Below are positions 36,276 through 45,068 of a stretch of 64,000 bases of DNA, piece after piece. The stretch is from a virus. The stretch covers positions 64,001 to 128,000 of the IMG/VR virus record IMGVR_UViG_3300037258_000301. One strand, written 5' to 3'. The position numbers and the translations under genes were made by a program. Below the pieces are notes generated by a model, which saw only the letters and a list, made by a program, of their open reading frames with translations, ran no database searches and was not told the DNA's origin. Every line of letters begins with the position of its first letter. Within the stretch, counting starts at the first letter, position 1.

Positions 36276-37331
36276 TCAGGGTGTCCCTACGCCAGCCAGG
36301 GCTTGCTGGTAGGCCGCGACCCAGCGGTACGCGTTGGCCTCGGTGGTCCGACCCAGTACCCACTCCCGGGCTTCCTTGCCGAGCTTCTGCCGCGTCTCGG
36401 GTTCCTTGATCAGATGCGTGAGACACTCCGTCCACTCCCGGGGATTACCGGCCAACCAGTAGCCCCGGTGCCCCTCGTCGAAGGCCCGAAGATAGGGCCC
36501 CACCGGGGAGGCGATCACGGGGATACCCAGGGCGCCGAGTTCCAGCAGCCTGATGTCCGATTTGCTCTCGTTGAACGGGAACGGGTAGAGCGGGGCCAGC
36601 CCGATGTCGAAGTTGATCGCCCGGTAGTAGTTCTCCACCCCGTTCACCCAGGCCGTGTGGTGGGTCCGCCCTCGGATCGAGGCCACTCGCTCGGTGTAGT
36701 CGACCGGACAGATGCAGTGGAAGATCGTCTGCGGGTGGGCCTGGATGACCCGCTTCACCGAACGAGCGCACTCACCGAAGTCCCGGTTGTGGGTGGAGCT
36801 ACCCGCCCAGCCGATCACCAGGTCGTCCTCTCCGATGACCTGTCGGCCTTCGGCGTCGGCTACGGCGTGGGAAGGAACCAGCTCCGTCAGGAACTGCGGG
36901 ACGGTGTTGGGTAGCACCACCACCGGGACCGAGGCGTGCTCGGTCACCACGTTGGCCAGGTGCTCGGTGGACACCGTGATCAGGTCGGCGACCGCTACGT
37001 TCTCCTTCAGTCGTCGGAGCCGCTCCGGGTCGAAGAAGGCGTGGGCGTCGTTGGACCGGTCGATGTTCCACAGATCGTCGTCGAGATCCATGACCAGGGC
37101 GAAGTCTCGCCGGCCATGGCGAGCCAGGGCTTGCCACAGGGCGGTCGGGGACGGTTCGACGAGTCGCTGCCCGACCAGGACATTCAGACCCTGCTCCTGG
37201 CAATTCTCCAGGGTGGGCATTGAGGTGCCGTGCGTGCAGGCGTGGCCGATCAGGGACATCCGGGACAGGGGAAGATAGCCCCGGTAGTACCCAGGACCGT
37301 GCATGTCGGCCAGACAGAAGTGAACGCGCAT
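36276..37331 (-). CDS. glycosyltransferase, GT-B fold (GT4-like)
   Basis: YYRGYLP; MDLDDDLW; ADLITVSTEHL; IGWAGSSTH; FDIGLAPL..FNESKSDIRLLE..GIPVIAS. Confidence 0.9.
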   Translation of the reverse strand: MRVHFCLADMHGPGYYRGYLPLSRMSLIGHACTHGTSMPTLENCQEQGLNVLVGQRLVEPSPTALWQALARHGRRDFALVMDLDDDLWNIDRSNDAHAFFDPERLRRLKENVAVADLITVSTEHLANVVTEHASVPVVVLPNTVPQFLTELVPSHAVADAEGRQVIGEDDLVIGWAGSSTHNRDFGECARSVKRVIQAHPQTIFHCICPVDYTERVASIRGRTHHTAWVNGVENYYRAINFDIGLAPLYPFPFNESKSDIRLLELGALGIPVIASPVGPYLRAFDEGHRGYWLAGNPREWTECLTHLIKEPETRQKLGKEAREWVLGRTTEANAYRWVAAYQQALAGVGTP

Positions 37332-37369
37332 GGTTCGCAGCGTCTCACGCGAACATGCCACTCACCATC

Positions 37370-37398
37370 TTGGTCGACTCAGGGCAATGACGGACACT
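37370..37398 (+). promoter_or_regulatory. TCAGGG-box promoter copy
   Basis: TTGGTC GACTCAGGGCAATGACG GACACT, 17-nt spacer. Confidence 0.5.
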
Positions 37399-37436
37399 GG
37401 TCAGCAGAGAGATCACTACCCATCCTGGAGCGCGTC

Positions 37437-37943
37437 ATGTACGACCTCGACCAATTCGACGACGGGGACAACCCCGAGTTCAGATACCCCCTGTTCACCC
37501 ACGAGCAGCTCATGTCGGTGCCGACCGAGCCGATCCCCACGCAGTCCCTTCCGACTGTGCGAATGTCACCACCTCTCGCCCCGGCGATGGAGGTTTACAC
37601 CGGTCAGGACGCTCAGCTTTCCACTCGTGAGCTGATGTGGGGCCTGATGGTGCTGGGGACGATTGCGCCACTCGTGGGGGTGCTCGCCGATGGCTTCCTG
37701 GGCTTCCTCGTCGGCACCCTCGTGGGCTTCGCGCTGGGGAGCGGTGCCACCATCGCCCGTTACCTGCGGATCAAAGCCATCCGGGCCGGCCGTACCGACC
37801 TGGAGTTCAGTCAGGCCGAGGTCAAGACGGAGACCGTCCTGGGGGTTCTCGTGCTCGTCTTCAGCATCCTGTCCGTGGCCAGTTATGTCGAACGCCGCCA
37901 TGTCCGCCTGATCGCTCGTGAGATCCAGCGTGGTGGCCGGTGA
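37437..37943 (+). CDS. membrane protein, about 3 TM segments
   Basis: ATG after GGAG; hydrophobic segments. Confidence 0.7.
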   Translation: MYDLDQFDDGDNPEFRYPLFTHEQLMSVPTEPIPTQSLPTVRMSPPLAPAMEVYTGQDAQLSTRELMWGLMVLGTIAPLVGVLADGFLGFLVGTLVGFALGSGATIARYLRIKAIRAGRTDLEFSQAEVKTETVLGVLVLVFSILSVASYVERRHVRLIAREIQRGGR

Positions 37944-38383
37944 CCGCGCGCATGAGGTTCGTGCTGTGTACCGGTGGAATATTCCTGCTGGTACTGGCGG
38001 CGGTCGTACTCGCTCTGTTGCTGCCGATCCCTGCTGCCACCCCGAGCACGCCCCCGCTGGCTCAGACCGCGACACCCACACCGACCCCGACCAGCACTTG
38101 GGGGCTCATCGAAGATCTCGACACGGCGGGGCTTCCGCTGTTGAGTACGAAGGCCACCGTGACCGAGTATCAGCGGGAGACCTACACCGAGGCCGCCGTG
38201 GCCAAGGCGCCGTGCACGGTGGCCGCCGAGGGCGGTTCATGGTCGATCATTCTCAGTCTGGACGAAGAGCTGCCGGTGGGGCCTACTCAATACGGTCAGA
38301 TGGTGGCGATCGGCATCCGGGACGAGTGTCCGCGCTATCTGGCCGTGGTCCCGCCGGACTGGCTACCGTCTCCGACGTCGTGA
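37940..38383 (+). CDS. membrane-anchored or secreted protein with P/T linker
   Basis: N-terminal hydrophobic helix, TPTPTPT linker, two Cys in the C-terminal domain. Confidence 0.65.
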   Translation: MTARMRFVLCTGGIFLLVLAAVVLALLLPIPAATPSTPPLAQTATPTPTPTSTWGLIEDLDTAGLPLLSTKATVTEYQRETYTEAAVAKAPCTVAAEGGSWSIILSLDEELPVGPTQYGQMVAIGIRDECPRYLAVVPPDWLPSPTS

Positions 38384-38387
38384 CCCC

Positions 38388-38416
38388 TTGGTGGTGTCAG
38401 GGTGGGTTGGTAGTCT
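38388..38416 (+). promoter_or_regulatory. TCAGGG-box promoter copy
   Basis: TTGGTG GTGTCAGGGTGGGTTGG TAGTCT, 17-nt spacer. Confidence 0.65.
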
Positions 38417-38462
38417 CTGGTGTGTCACCAACTCCTCATCCCCAAACCAAGGAGTGATCCCC

Positions 38463-40466
38463 GTGTCCTGGACCGACGCGCAAGAGGCATTCCGGACCAG
38501 CCTCCCGGGTTACGAAAACCGGGTCGAGCAGACGCGGCTCGCGCAAACCATCGAGAAGGCCCTGGCCAACGGCAAGCACCTGACCGCGCAGGCCGGCACT
38601 GGTGTCGGCAAGAGCTACGCCTGTCTCGTTCCGGCCATCGACCATGCTCAGGTCACTGGCTTGCCGGTCATGGTGGCCACCGAGACGAAGGCATTGCAGG
38701 CGCAATACGCCAAAAAGGATGTTCCGTGGCTCCAGGAGCACCTGGGTGTGCCGTTCACCGCCGCGCTACTCAAGGGCCGCAGTAACTACCTGTGCCGTGC
38801 TCGCCTGGCCGAGGCCACCCCTGCTGAGGTGTTCAACATCGAGGCGCTCCGGGAAGAGGTCGCCTCGGTGCCGGACATGAATGGCGACATGGAAGACCTG
38901 ATCACCGAGGTTGACCTGGCCCAGCGCCGGGCGTTGACCATGAGTTCCGAAGAATGCCCCGGCAAGTCCGACTGCCCCTTCGGCGGTACGTGTTTCGCTG
39001 AGCAGGCCAAGGCGCGAGCCAAGACCGCCGATGTCGTGATCATCAACCATCACCTGCTCGCCACCGAGGCCGCCCTGCGCGAGGCAACCCACACCGATGA
39101 GATGCCCGACGGCATCAGTTTCCTCCCCGATTTCAGTGGACTGATCATCGACGAGGCGCACGGGTTCCAGGACGTGGCCACCGACATGCTCGGCGGCGAG
39201 TTCGTCGAGCGTCAGCTCCTGCGCTTCGCCTCCGACGCCGGGTCGCTGCTGGGAGACCGGCAGCTCACCAAGGGTCTGGAAGCCTGCGCGCACAGCCTGT
39301 TCCTGAACCTGGGGAACTGGATGACGCAGGAGAACCGTCGCAACCGCAGCCGGGACACCTCGATGGCATTGCCGCACTCGGTGATCGAGGAGTATGCCGA
39401 CGAGTTCGTCATGGTCACCGATGAAGTGCGGTTGATCAGGCAGCACATCAAAAAGATGGACACCTTCGGTAACGACCAGGCTGCCGCCCGCAAGAAGCGC
39501 ATGATCAAGCGGGCCGAGAACCTGTTCAATCGCATGGCCAGGTTCGTCACCGCGTCCTCCGATGACCTGGTTCGCTGGATCGAGCTGGCTTCTGATCGCC
39601 GTGGCGACACTCTGAAGTTGCACTTCGCGCCCCTGGACGTGTCTCCGGTCCTGGAGCAGTGGTTGTGGTCTCGGCACACCACCGTGCTGATGTCCGCCAC
39701 CCTGGCCGTCGGCAGCGACTTCGGCTTCATCACCAAGCAGCTCGGCGTGCCCGACCCGATCACCTTCGACGCCGGTACCCCGTTCGACTACCCGAATCAG
39801 GCCGCGTTCTTCTGCCCGCAGACCAAGTGCGACCCCACTTCCGGTAGCGAATGGCAGGCTCGGGTGGCCATGGTCATTCGCAAGCTGGTCGCGGCGGCCG
39901 ATGGCCGGGCACTGATCCTGTTCACCTCGCGCCGGGAACTGGAGGCCGCCTGGGTGGCCTGTGCCGAGACGATCGAAGACCTGGGCATCACCGTGCACAA
40001 GCAGATCGAGGGTGGCAACAACCGGGCGTTGGGCGAGGAGTTCAAGACCGATGAGCGGTCCGTCCTGTTCGCGTTGAAGTCGTTCATGACCGGCTTCGAC
40101 GTGCAGGGCAGCGCCCTGGAGCTGGTCATCCTGAACAAGCTGCCCTTCGCCAACCCCGGTGACATCATCCTCAAGGCCCGCTGTGACGCCCTGGACCGCG
40201 AGGTGGAGCGCACCCGCCAGAACAAGTGGGCGAACGGCTCTTTCTCGAAGATCACCGTCCCGTCGATGACCCTGGTCCTGCTCCAGGCGTTCGGGCGCCT
40301 GATCCGCACCAAGAACGATCGTGGCGTCGTGGTGCTCCTGGATGACCGGATCTACACCAAGAACTACGGCAAGAAGATTCGGGCCGCGATGCCTCCGGCG
40401 CAGGTACTGACCACCCTGGCCGATACCGAGGACTACCTGAGCGCCTTGCGCACTACGGTAGGGTGA
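38463..40466 (+). CDS. dinG: DinG/XPD-family Fe-S helicase
   Basis: AGTGVGKS; LKGRSNYLC; CPGKSDCPFGGTC; IIDEAH; MSATL; QAFGRLIR; AAGGAG RBS before GTG at 38463. Confidence 0.9.
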   Translation: MSWTDAQEAFRTSLPGYENRVEQTRLAQTIEKALANGKHLTAQAGTGVGKSYACLVPAIDHAQVTGLPVMVATETKALQAQYAKKDVPWLQEHLGVPFTAALLKGRSNYLCRARLAEATPAEVFNIEALREEVASVPDMNGDMEDLITEVDLAQRRALTMSSEECPGKSDCPFGGTCFAEQAKARAKTADVVIINHHLLATEAALREATHTDEMPDGISFLPDFSGLIIDEAHGFQDVATDMLGGEFVERQLLRFASDAGSLLGDRQLTKGLEACAHSLFLNLGNWMTQENRRNRSRDTSMALPHSVIEEYADEFVMVTDEVRLIRQHIKKMDTFGNDQAAARKKRMIKRAENLFNRMARFVTASSDDLVRWIELASDRRGDTLKLHFAPLDVSPVLEQWLWSRHTTVLMSATLAVGSDFGFITKQLGVPDPITFDAGTPFDYPNQAAFFCPQTKCDPTSGSEWQARVAMVIRKLVAAADGRALILFTSRRELEAAWVACAETIEDLGITVHKQIEGGNNRALGEEFKTDERSVLFALKSFMTGFDVQGSALELVILNKLPFANPGDIILKARCDALDREVERTRQNKWANGSFSKITVPSMTLVLLQAFGRLIRTKNDRGVVVLLDDRIYTKNYGKKIRAAMPPAQVLTTLADTEDYLSALRTTVG

Positions 40467-40494
40467 AGCACGGTGAACACAGTTTGACCCCCTG

Positions 40495-40530
40495 ACGACG
40501 ACCTCGCCTACCCGCGAGGTCGTCGTTTTT
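40495..40530 (+). terminator. intrinsic terminator
   Basis: ACGACGACCTCGC-CTACCC-GCGAGGTCGTCGT perfect 13-bp stem followed by a T run. Confidence 0.9.
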
Positions 40531-40533
40531 GCG

Positions 40534-40562
40534 CTGTGTCCGTACCGGCGTCGCCCCCGTAA
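40534..40562 (+). promoter_or_regulatory. CTGT-N21-GTAA candidate late promoter for the holin unit
   Basis: CTGT at 40534 and GTAA at 40559, immediately after the terminator. Confidence 0.6.
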
Positions 40563-40590
40563 TCAGCGACATCACACTTTTCCTGGAGGA

Positions 40591-40956
40591 ATGATGACCG
40601 ACCCCACCCCCGTCGAGGCCACCCCCATCGACTCTGACGAGGCCCGGAGTGCACTGCACACTGCCCTGGAGGATGTGGAGGCCGCGTTCCAGAACCTCTA
40701 CGGCAAGGTCAGCAGCAAGGTAGCCGCGCTCCTTTCGCACCTGCACGGCCAGGCCGAAAGCCTGACCGATGAGGCCGAGACTGACGCCAAGGAAGATGCC
40801 TCGGAGGTCGCGGCCGACGTCAAGACCATCACCGTGACCGGCCAGAGCGCCCTAGGTGGCGGTGTCAACCCCAACGCGGTGCACCCCACCTCGCCGCCGG
40901 CCAACGTCCCGGTGCAGACGGAGACTCAGCAGGTCGTTCCGCCGGTGCAGGGATGA
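40591..40956 (+). CDS. acidic hypothetical protein
   Basis: GGAGG RBS; ATGA coupling to the holin-like gene. Confidence 0.7.
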   Translation: MMTDPTPVEATPIDSDEARSALHTALEDVEAAFQNLYGKVSSKVAALLSHLHGQAESLTDEAETDAKEDASEVAADVKTITVTGQSALGGGVNPNAVHPTSPPANVPVQTETQQVVPPVQG

Positions 40957-41282
40957 CCACCTCGGTGCCGGCCACACCGACTTCGTCTTTCGTGCAGCGC
41001 GAACCCGCCCTGACTTACGGAGGGGGCCTCACTGGCGCATCGCTGATCATTGATGCGATCGTGGGGGTGGGGATTCCCCTCACGGACACCACCAGAATCG
41101 TGATCATGCTGGTGGTGTCCGTGGTGGGGCCGCTCATCGGTACTCTGCTGACGCGACAGAAGGTCTTCAGCGCCGCCACCGTCGCCACGCTGAAGAAAGA
41201 CGCCGAAACCATCCTGGGCGACGTAGCACATCCCGAGGTCACCCCCACCCCCGACGACACGGGGAAGCACTCCGCGCCCTGA
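40953..41282 (+). CDS. putative holin, 2 TM segments
   Basis: REPAL N-terminus, two hydrophobic helices, then TRQKV, as in actinophage holins. Confidence 0.65.
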   Translation: MTTSVPATPTSSFVQREPALTYGGGLTGASLIIDAIVGVGIPLTDTTRIVIMLVVSVVGPLIGTLLTRQKVFSAATVATLKKDAETILGDVAHPEVTPTPDDTGKHSAP

Positions 41283-41298
41283 CCGTGAAGGTGACCTC

Positions 41299-41327
41299 TT
41301 GGTGTTGTCAGAGTGACTCGCTACACT
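41299..41327 (+). promoter_or_regulatory. TCAG(A)G-box promoter copy
   Basis: TTGGTG TTGTCAGAGTGACTCGC TACACT, 17-nt spacer. Confidence 0.65.
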
Positions 41328-41366
41328 GAGCCAGTCACCAGCTCCACCCCCATCACGGAGGTCATC

Positions 41367-42089
41367 GTGCCCGGCACCTTCATCGAAAAATCCCAGGTCG
41401 CGTCCATCGCGGGCGGTCTGCTCCGCAAAACCGGCGCCACCGCGTCCCAGCTGGTCAAGGCCATTGCCGTGTTCAAGAGCGACCTGGCCACGCGGCCCGT
41501 CACCCCGTTGCCGGACCGCAAGATCCTGGAGCTGCCCGCAGAGCAGGCCAAGGCCCTGGGGATGCTGGCCCGGATCAGCGCGTCTCTGCCGGTGCCGCTC
41601 AAGCGCCGGGCGCTGAACGAGACCGAGATGGCCCAGTACATCGAAGCTCGGGAGGCGTTCCTTCTGGCCAAGAAGGCTCTGGAGCGTTTCGACGAGAACA
41701 CCAAGGCCGTCTTGCACAACCACTTCGACGCCAAGGTCGAGGCCAACGGCTCGATCGACGACTCCACGCCCTTCCACGCGAAGAACGGCTGGTTGTGTGT
41801 CGAGGACAAGAGCAGCGGCGCGGCCGGCGGCGAGAAGAACAAGATCACCCGCGAGCTGTCCGGGGGCGGCCCGTCCTTCGGTGAATCGCACCTCGCCGCC
41901 ATGCGCGACGACGGTGTCATCACCGAGCGGGAGTACCAGTCGCTTACCCGCATCCCGCGCTACCGCGAGCTGAACGACGACGCGGTGATCGCCAAGGTCG
42001 CTGCCGACTCGGAGTTTGCCGCGCGGGTCCTGGAGTACTCCACCGAGATCGCGCCGACCCCCTCGATCCAGCTCCGGCCGGCGAAGTGA
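41367..42089 (+). CDS. hypothetical protein
   Basis: GGAGG RBS before GTG at 41367; strongly GC3-biased codons. Confidence 0.75.
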   Translation: MPGTFIEKSQVASIAGGLLRKTGATASQLVKAIAVFKSDLATRPVTPLPDRKILELPAEQAKALGMLARISASLPVPLKRRALNETEMAQYIEAREAFLLAKKALERFDENTKAVLHNHFDAKVEANGSIDDSTPFHAKNGWLCVEDKSSGAAGGEKNKITRELSGGGPSFGESHLAAMRDDGVITEREYQSLTRIPRYRELNDDAVIAKVAADSEFAARVLEYSTEIAPTPSIQLRPAK

Positions 42090-42454
42090 GCGAGTCCTAC
42101 GGTCGCCGCACACTCTCGCGGGAGGCCCGCGTCATCCTGTTGGATGACGCGGCGCCCGTTGAGGGGCAGTACTGGACCGCGCCTGACGACGCACCCCCGT
42201 GGTACTCGATCGGTGAGGTCAGCTCGTTCTTCCTCGGCTACCACAAGCGCTGGCTGACCGACATCCTTGACGAGGACCCGTCCATGGCCCTGTACGGGTC
42301 GCTGATCAACGGTCAGCGCCGGTACCGCCTCTACGACGTCGAACGCACCGTGCACGCGCTCACGGCCGCTCAGCGCCTCTCTCCGCACCGTGCTCGGCTG
42401 GCACTCCTGCATGTCCGCCTAGCTGCTGTGCAGTACGGCTACCTCGATCTCTGA
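42086..42454 (+). CDS. MerR/excisionase-like HTH DNA-binding protein
   Basis: YSIGEVS and NGQRRYRLYDV winged-helix pattern. Confidence 0.65.
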   Translation: MSESYGRRTLSREARVILLDDAAPVEGQYWTAPDDAPPWYSIGEVSSFFLGYHKRWLTDILDEDPSMALYGSLINGQRRYRLYDVERTVHALTAAQRLSPHRARLALLHVRLAAVQYGYLDL

Positions 42455-42467
42455 CTAAGGACGCCCC

Positions 42468-42794
42468 ATGACCAGTCCCCCATCCGGTAGCGACGGAGTG
42501 CCCGTCAATGGTGGTCCGTTCATCGAAGGGTCTTCCATGCCGATGCCCAGCAACTCTATGTGGAACGATCTCTCTCGCTTCGTCGACAAGAACGCCGTCG
42601 AGACGGAATCCCGGCTCGGTGAGATCAGCGATGTTCTCCTCGATGCTCGCGAAAAGATCTCTGAGGCTCAGAAGTACATCGCTGAGGCGCAACAGAATCT
42701 GGCGCAGCTCAGGAAGTTCGTCATTGGACAGGTGTTGGTGATACTCGTCCTCCTAGGACTGTTGATGATCATTTTTCTTGCGTTTCGACTCTGA
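42468..42794 (+). CDS. coiled-coil protein with C-terminal TM anchor
   Basis: Heptads followed by VLVILVLLGLLMIIFLAF. Confidence 0.7.
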   Translation: MTSPPSGSDGVPVNGGPFIEGSSMPMPSNSMWNDLSRFVDKNAVETESRLGEISDVLLDAREKISEAQKYIAEAQQNLAQLRKFVIGQVLVILVLLGLLMIIFLAFRL

Positions 42795-42806
42795 GAGGAC
42801 CTCTTC

Positions 42807-43046
42807 ATGGCACTGAACCCGGAGCAGATCCGCTCTCTGGCACGAGAGGACTTCGTCGAGGCTGTCTACCTGTCGTTGGGCGCCGCACAGGAGCAGGGGC
42901 TCCTCAGCTTCCCCACTTCGATCGAACGGCGTGCGGCGGCGACTCTGGTGTTCGACCAACTGACCATGCATGTCATGATCAAAATGTTGGTCGGCATGGC
43001 CCCCTCCATGAATCGGTCAGCGGAAAGCCAGGAGCGTTTCGGATGA
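42807..43046 (+). CDS. hypothetical protein
   Basis: GAGGA RBS; ATGA overlap with the next gene. Confidence 0.65.
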   Translation: MALNPEQIRSLAREDFVEAVYLSLGAAQEQGLLSFPTSIERRAAATLVFDQLTMHVMIKMLVGMAPSMNRSAESQERFG

Positions 43047-43924
43047 GCAAGGTCCTCTACATCGACGGGCCAAACTTGACCATGCGTGCTCTGCATGCCG
43101 GCTTGCACGGTCCGATGTTTTCCAACGGCGCCGACACCGCAGCTCTCACGATCTTCATCAACTCGCTGGGCAAGCTCGTTCGTGAAGAAGGTCCGAGTTA
43201 CCTGGGTATTGCGTGGGATTCCCCCCATAAGGGTTTCCGTCATACCCTCTACGAGGGCTACAAGGCCAATCGGGCTGAGGCTCCAGTATTGGACGCCAAG
43301 GCATCCACCTTCGCGCTGGTGCGCGAGTTCTGCGACCTCGCTGGCATCCGTAGCCTGTCGTGCCCCACCATGGAGGCCGACGACATCATTGCGCGGCTGT
43401 GGTATGTCGCGGTGCAGGGACCGATCGTTATCGCCAGCTCCGACCACGATTTTCTCCAACTGGCCGGGCCCAATCCCAGCGGTGTCTCCACCGAGGTCCT
43501 GCGTTTCGGCAAGGAGAATGACCGATGGGATGCGGCCAAGGTCAGTGAGTACCACGACTCACCTGAGCACTATCCCCTGATCGCCGCCCTGGCCGGTGAT
43601 CCCAGCGACAATATTCCCGGCATCAAGGGGATCGGCCCGAAGAAGGCCGTCAAGCTCCTGGAGAAACACGATTGGGACCTGGAGTCCGCTCTGGATGAGT
43701 ACCCCGAGGAGCGGGAGCGGGTACGGACCTTCTTCCAGATGATCGATCTTCGGAACTCGAACTTCTTTCCGCTTCTGGCCGATGCCGCGCCGGTACCAGT
43801 TGGTGAACAGGCGCGTACTGCGTCACCTGAGCTGATGACATTCCTGGAGGACTACGAGCTGAAGGGAGCTTTGGCCAAGTTCCGCGCGGGCACTTTCTGG
43901 CGCGCAATCCCTTACAGACGCTGA
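43043..43924 (+). CDS. 5'-3' exonuclease / flap endonuclease (PolA N-terminal-like)
   Basis: YIDG; YKANR; EADD; SSDHDF; GDPSDNIPGIKGIGPKKA. Confidence 0.93.
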   Translation: MSKVLYIDGPNLTMRALHAGLHGPMFSNGADTAALTIFINSLGKLVREEGPSYLGIAWDSPHKGFRHTLYEGYKANRAEAPVLDAKASTFALVREFCDLAGIRSLSCPTMEADDIIARLWYVAVQGPIVIASSDHDFLQLAGPNPSGVSTEVLRFGKENDRWDAAKVSEYHDSPEHYPLIAALAGDPSDNIPGIKGIGPKKAVKLLEKHDWDLESALDEYPEERERVRTFFQMIDLRNSNFFPLLADAAPVPVGEQARTASPELMTFLEDYELKGALAKFRAGTFWRAIPYRR

Positions 43925-44090
43925 TATTTCGATAGGTGACCCGTCTTGTAGTGGATCATCCGAGGGGTTTAGAGTCTCCCCTCGACGGTCCGTCCGTCAT
44001 CGGTTCGCTCCTCCGCTCGCCTAGGCCCTCATGGCCCACGGGAAGGTCGGGCGGAGGGCGTACCTCATCCCCGTCTCGGAGGTTTCTTCC

Positions 44091-44648
44091 GTGTCCCAGC
44101 AAGAACTGTCTCGCCCCTCCGCTCCGTCGTCCGGAAGCCGACGTCAGCCCTATCGACCCCCGACCCCGGAAGAGGAGGTCAGGCGAGATCTGGCCTTTTC
44201 GATCTCTCTCCAGCGCCTCGGCGAGTCCATCGAGCACGGTTGGAAGATCAGTTTCAAAGAGTTCGACGGCGAGATCACCACGGGCTATCTCGCTGGCATG
44301 GACAGTGAGTACTTCTTGGTCTACGTCCCCGACCCGGACTACACCGTGGTGACCGATGACCCCCATGACGGGTTCTTCGAGAAGGGCATCGCGCGAGGTC
44401 TGAACCCCACCTTCGAGCTGCACCATCACAACACCTTCGAGGACGAGCTGTCGCATCCGAAGATGGTCGGTCAGGTCGAGGACTGGCGTCAGTGGTACGC
44501 CCAAGCCCGATCGGAAGAGGCCGCCGTCCCCGCTCAGGTTGAACGGGGGCGTACCGACATCGCGTCCGTCGGCGATATGCCCCGCAACGGGAAGTCGCAG
44601 CCCAGCATCACCGCGAAGCCACCCCACCCTCAGTTCAAGGGAGCTTGA
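44091..44648 (+). CDS. hypothetical protein
   Basis: GGAGG RBS before GTG at 44091. Confidence 0.65.
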   Translation: MSQQELSRPSAPSSGSRRQPYRPPTPEEEVRRDLAFSISLQRLGESIEHGWKISFKEFDGEITTGYLAGMDSEYFLVYVPDPDYTVVTDDPHDGFFEKGIARGLNPTFELHHHNTFEDELSHPKMVGQVEDWRQWYAQARSEEAAVPAQVERGRTDIASVGDMPRNGKSQPSITAKPPHPQFKGA

Positions 44649-45049
44649 TCATGTTCACCATGTTGCCAGACTCCGATGTGGCTCTGATCGAAGATGTCAT
44701 CCCTCGGGTCACCGAAACGGTCACCGTACGTCCGACCTCACGTGTCACGAAGGTCGAGAAGGGGCGCACCTTCGTCGGCACCGCGTCGAGCACCTGGAGT
44801 GCCGAGCAACTGCTGAGCTACGTCGCCACCCAGATCCAGCAGCTGCATGGCCCCTTCCCGCGTGACCCGAAGAAGGAGGTCGCGATCATGCGATCTTTCG
44901 CTGGCCGTTGGGCCGAACAGGCAGGCCCGATCGCTCAGTACGCCTTTGAGGTGGCCGGCGGGATGTGGCGCAAGGCTCCCATCAGCATCACCCGCTTCTG
45001 TCTCAAATCCGATCCCTACTTCGCCGAGATCATCGCGAAGGAACTCTGA
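44645..45049 (+). CDS. hypothetical protein, possibly replication initiation
   Basis: Directly upstream of the loader, helicase and primase genes; role inferred from position only. Confidence 0.55.
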   Translation: MIMFTMLPDSDVALIEDVIPRVTETVTVRPTSRVTKVEKGRTFVGTASSTWSAEQLLSYVATQIQQLHGPFPRDPKKEVAIMRSFAGRWAEQAGPIAQYAFEVAGGMWRKAPISITRFCLKSDPYFAEIIAKEL

Positions 45050-45068
45050 ACCCTCTTTGGACGGTGCC

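Noticed and set aside
41313-41366. ORF-track start at 41313 (likewise 38388 and 61982)
   Set aside because: These starts fall inside or upstream of the promoter motif; downstream starts have a proper RBS or leaderless spacing
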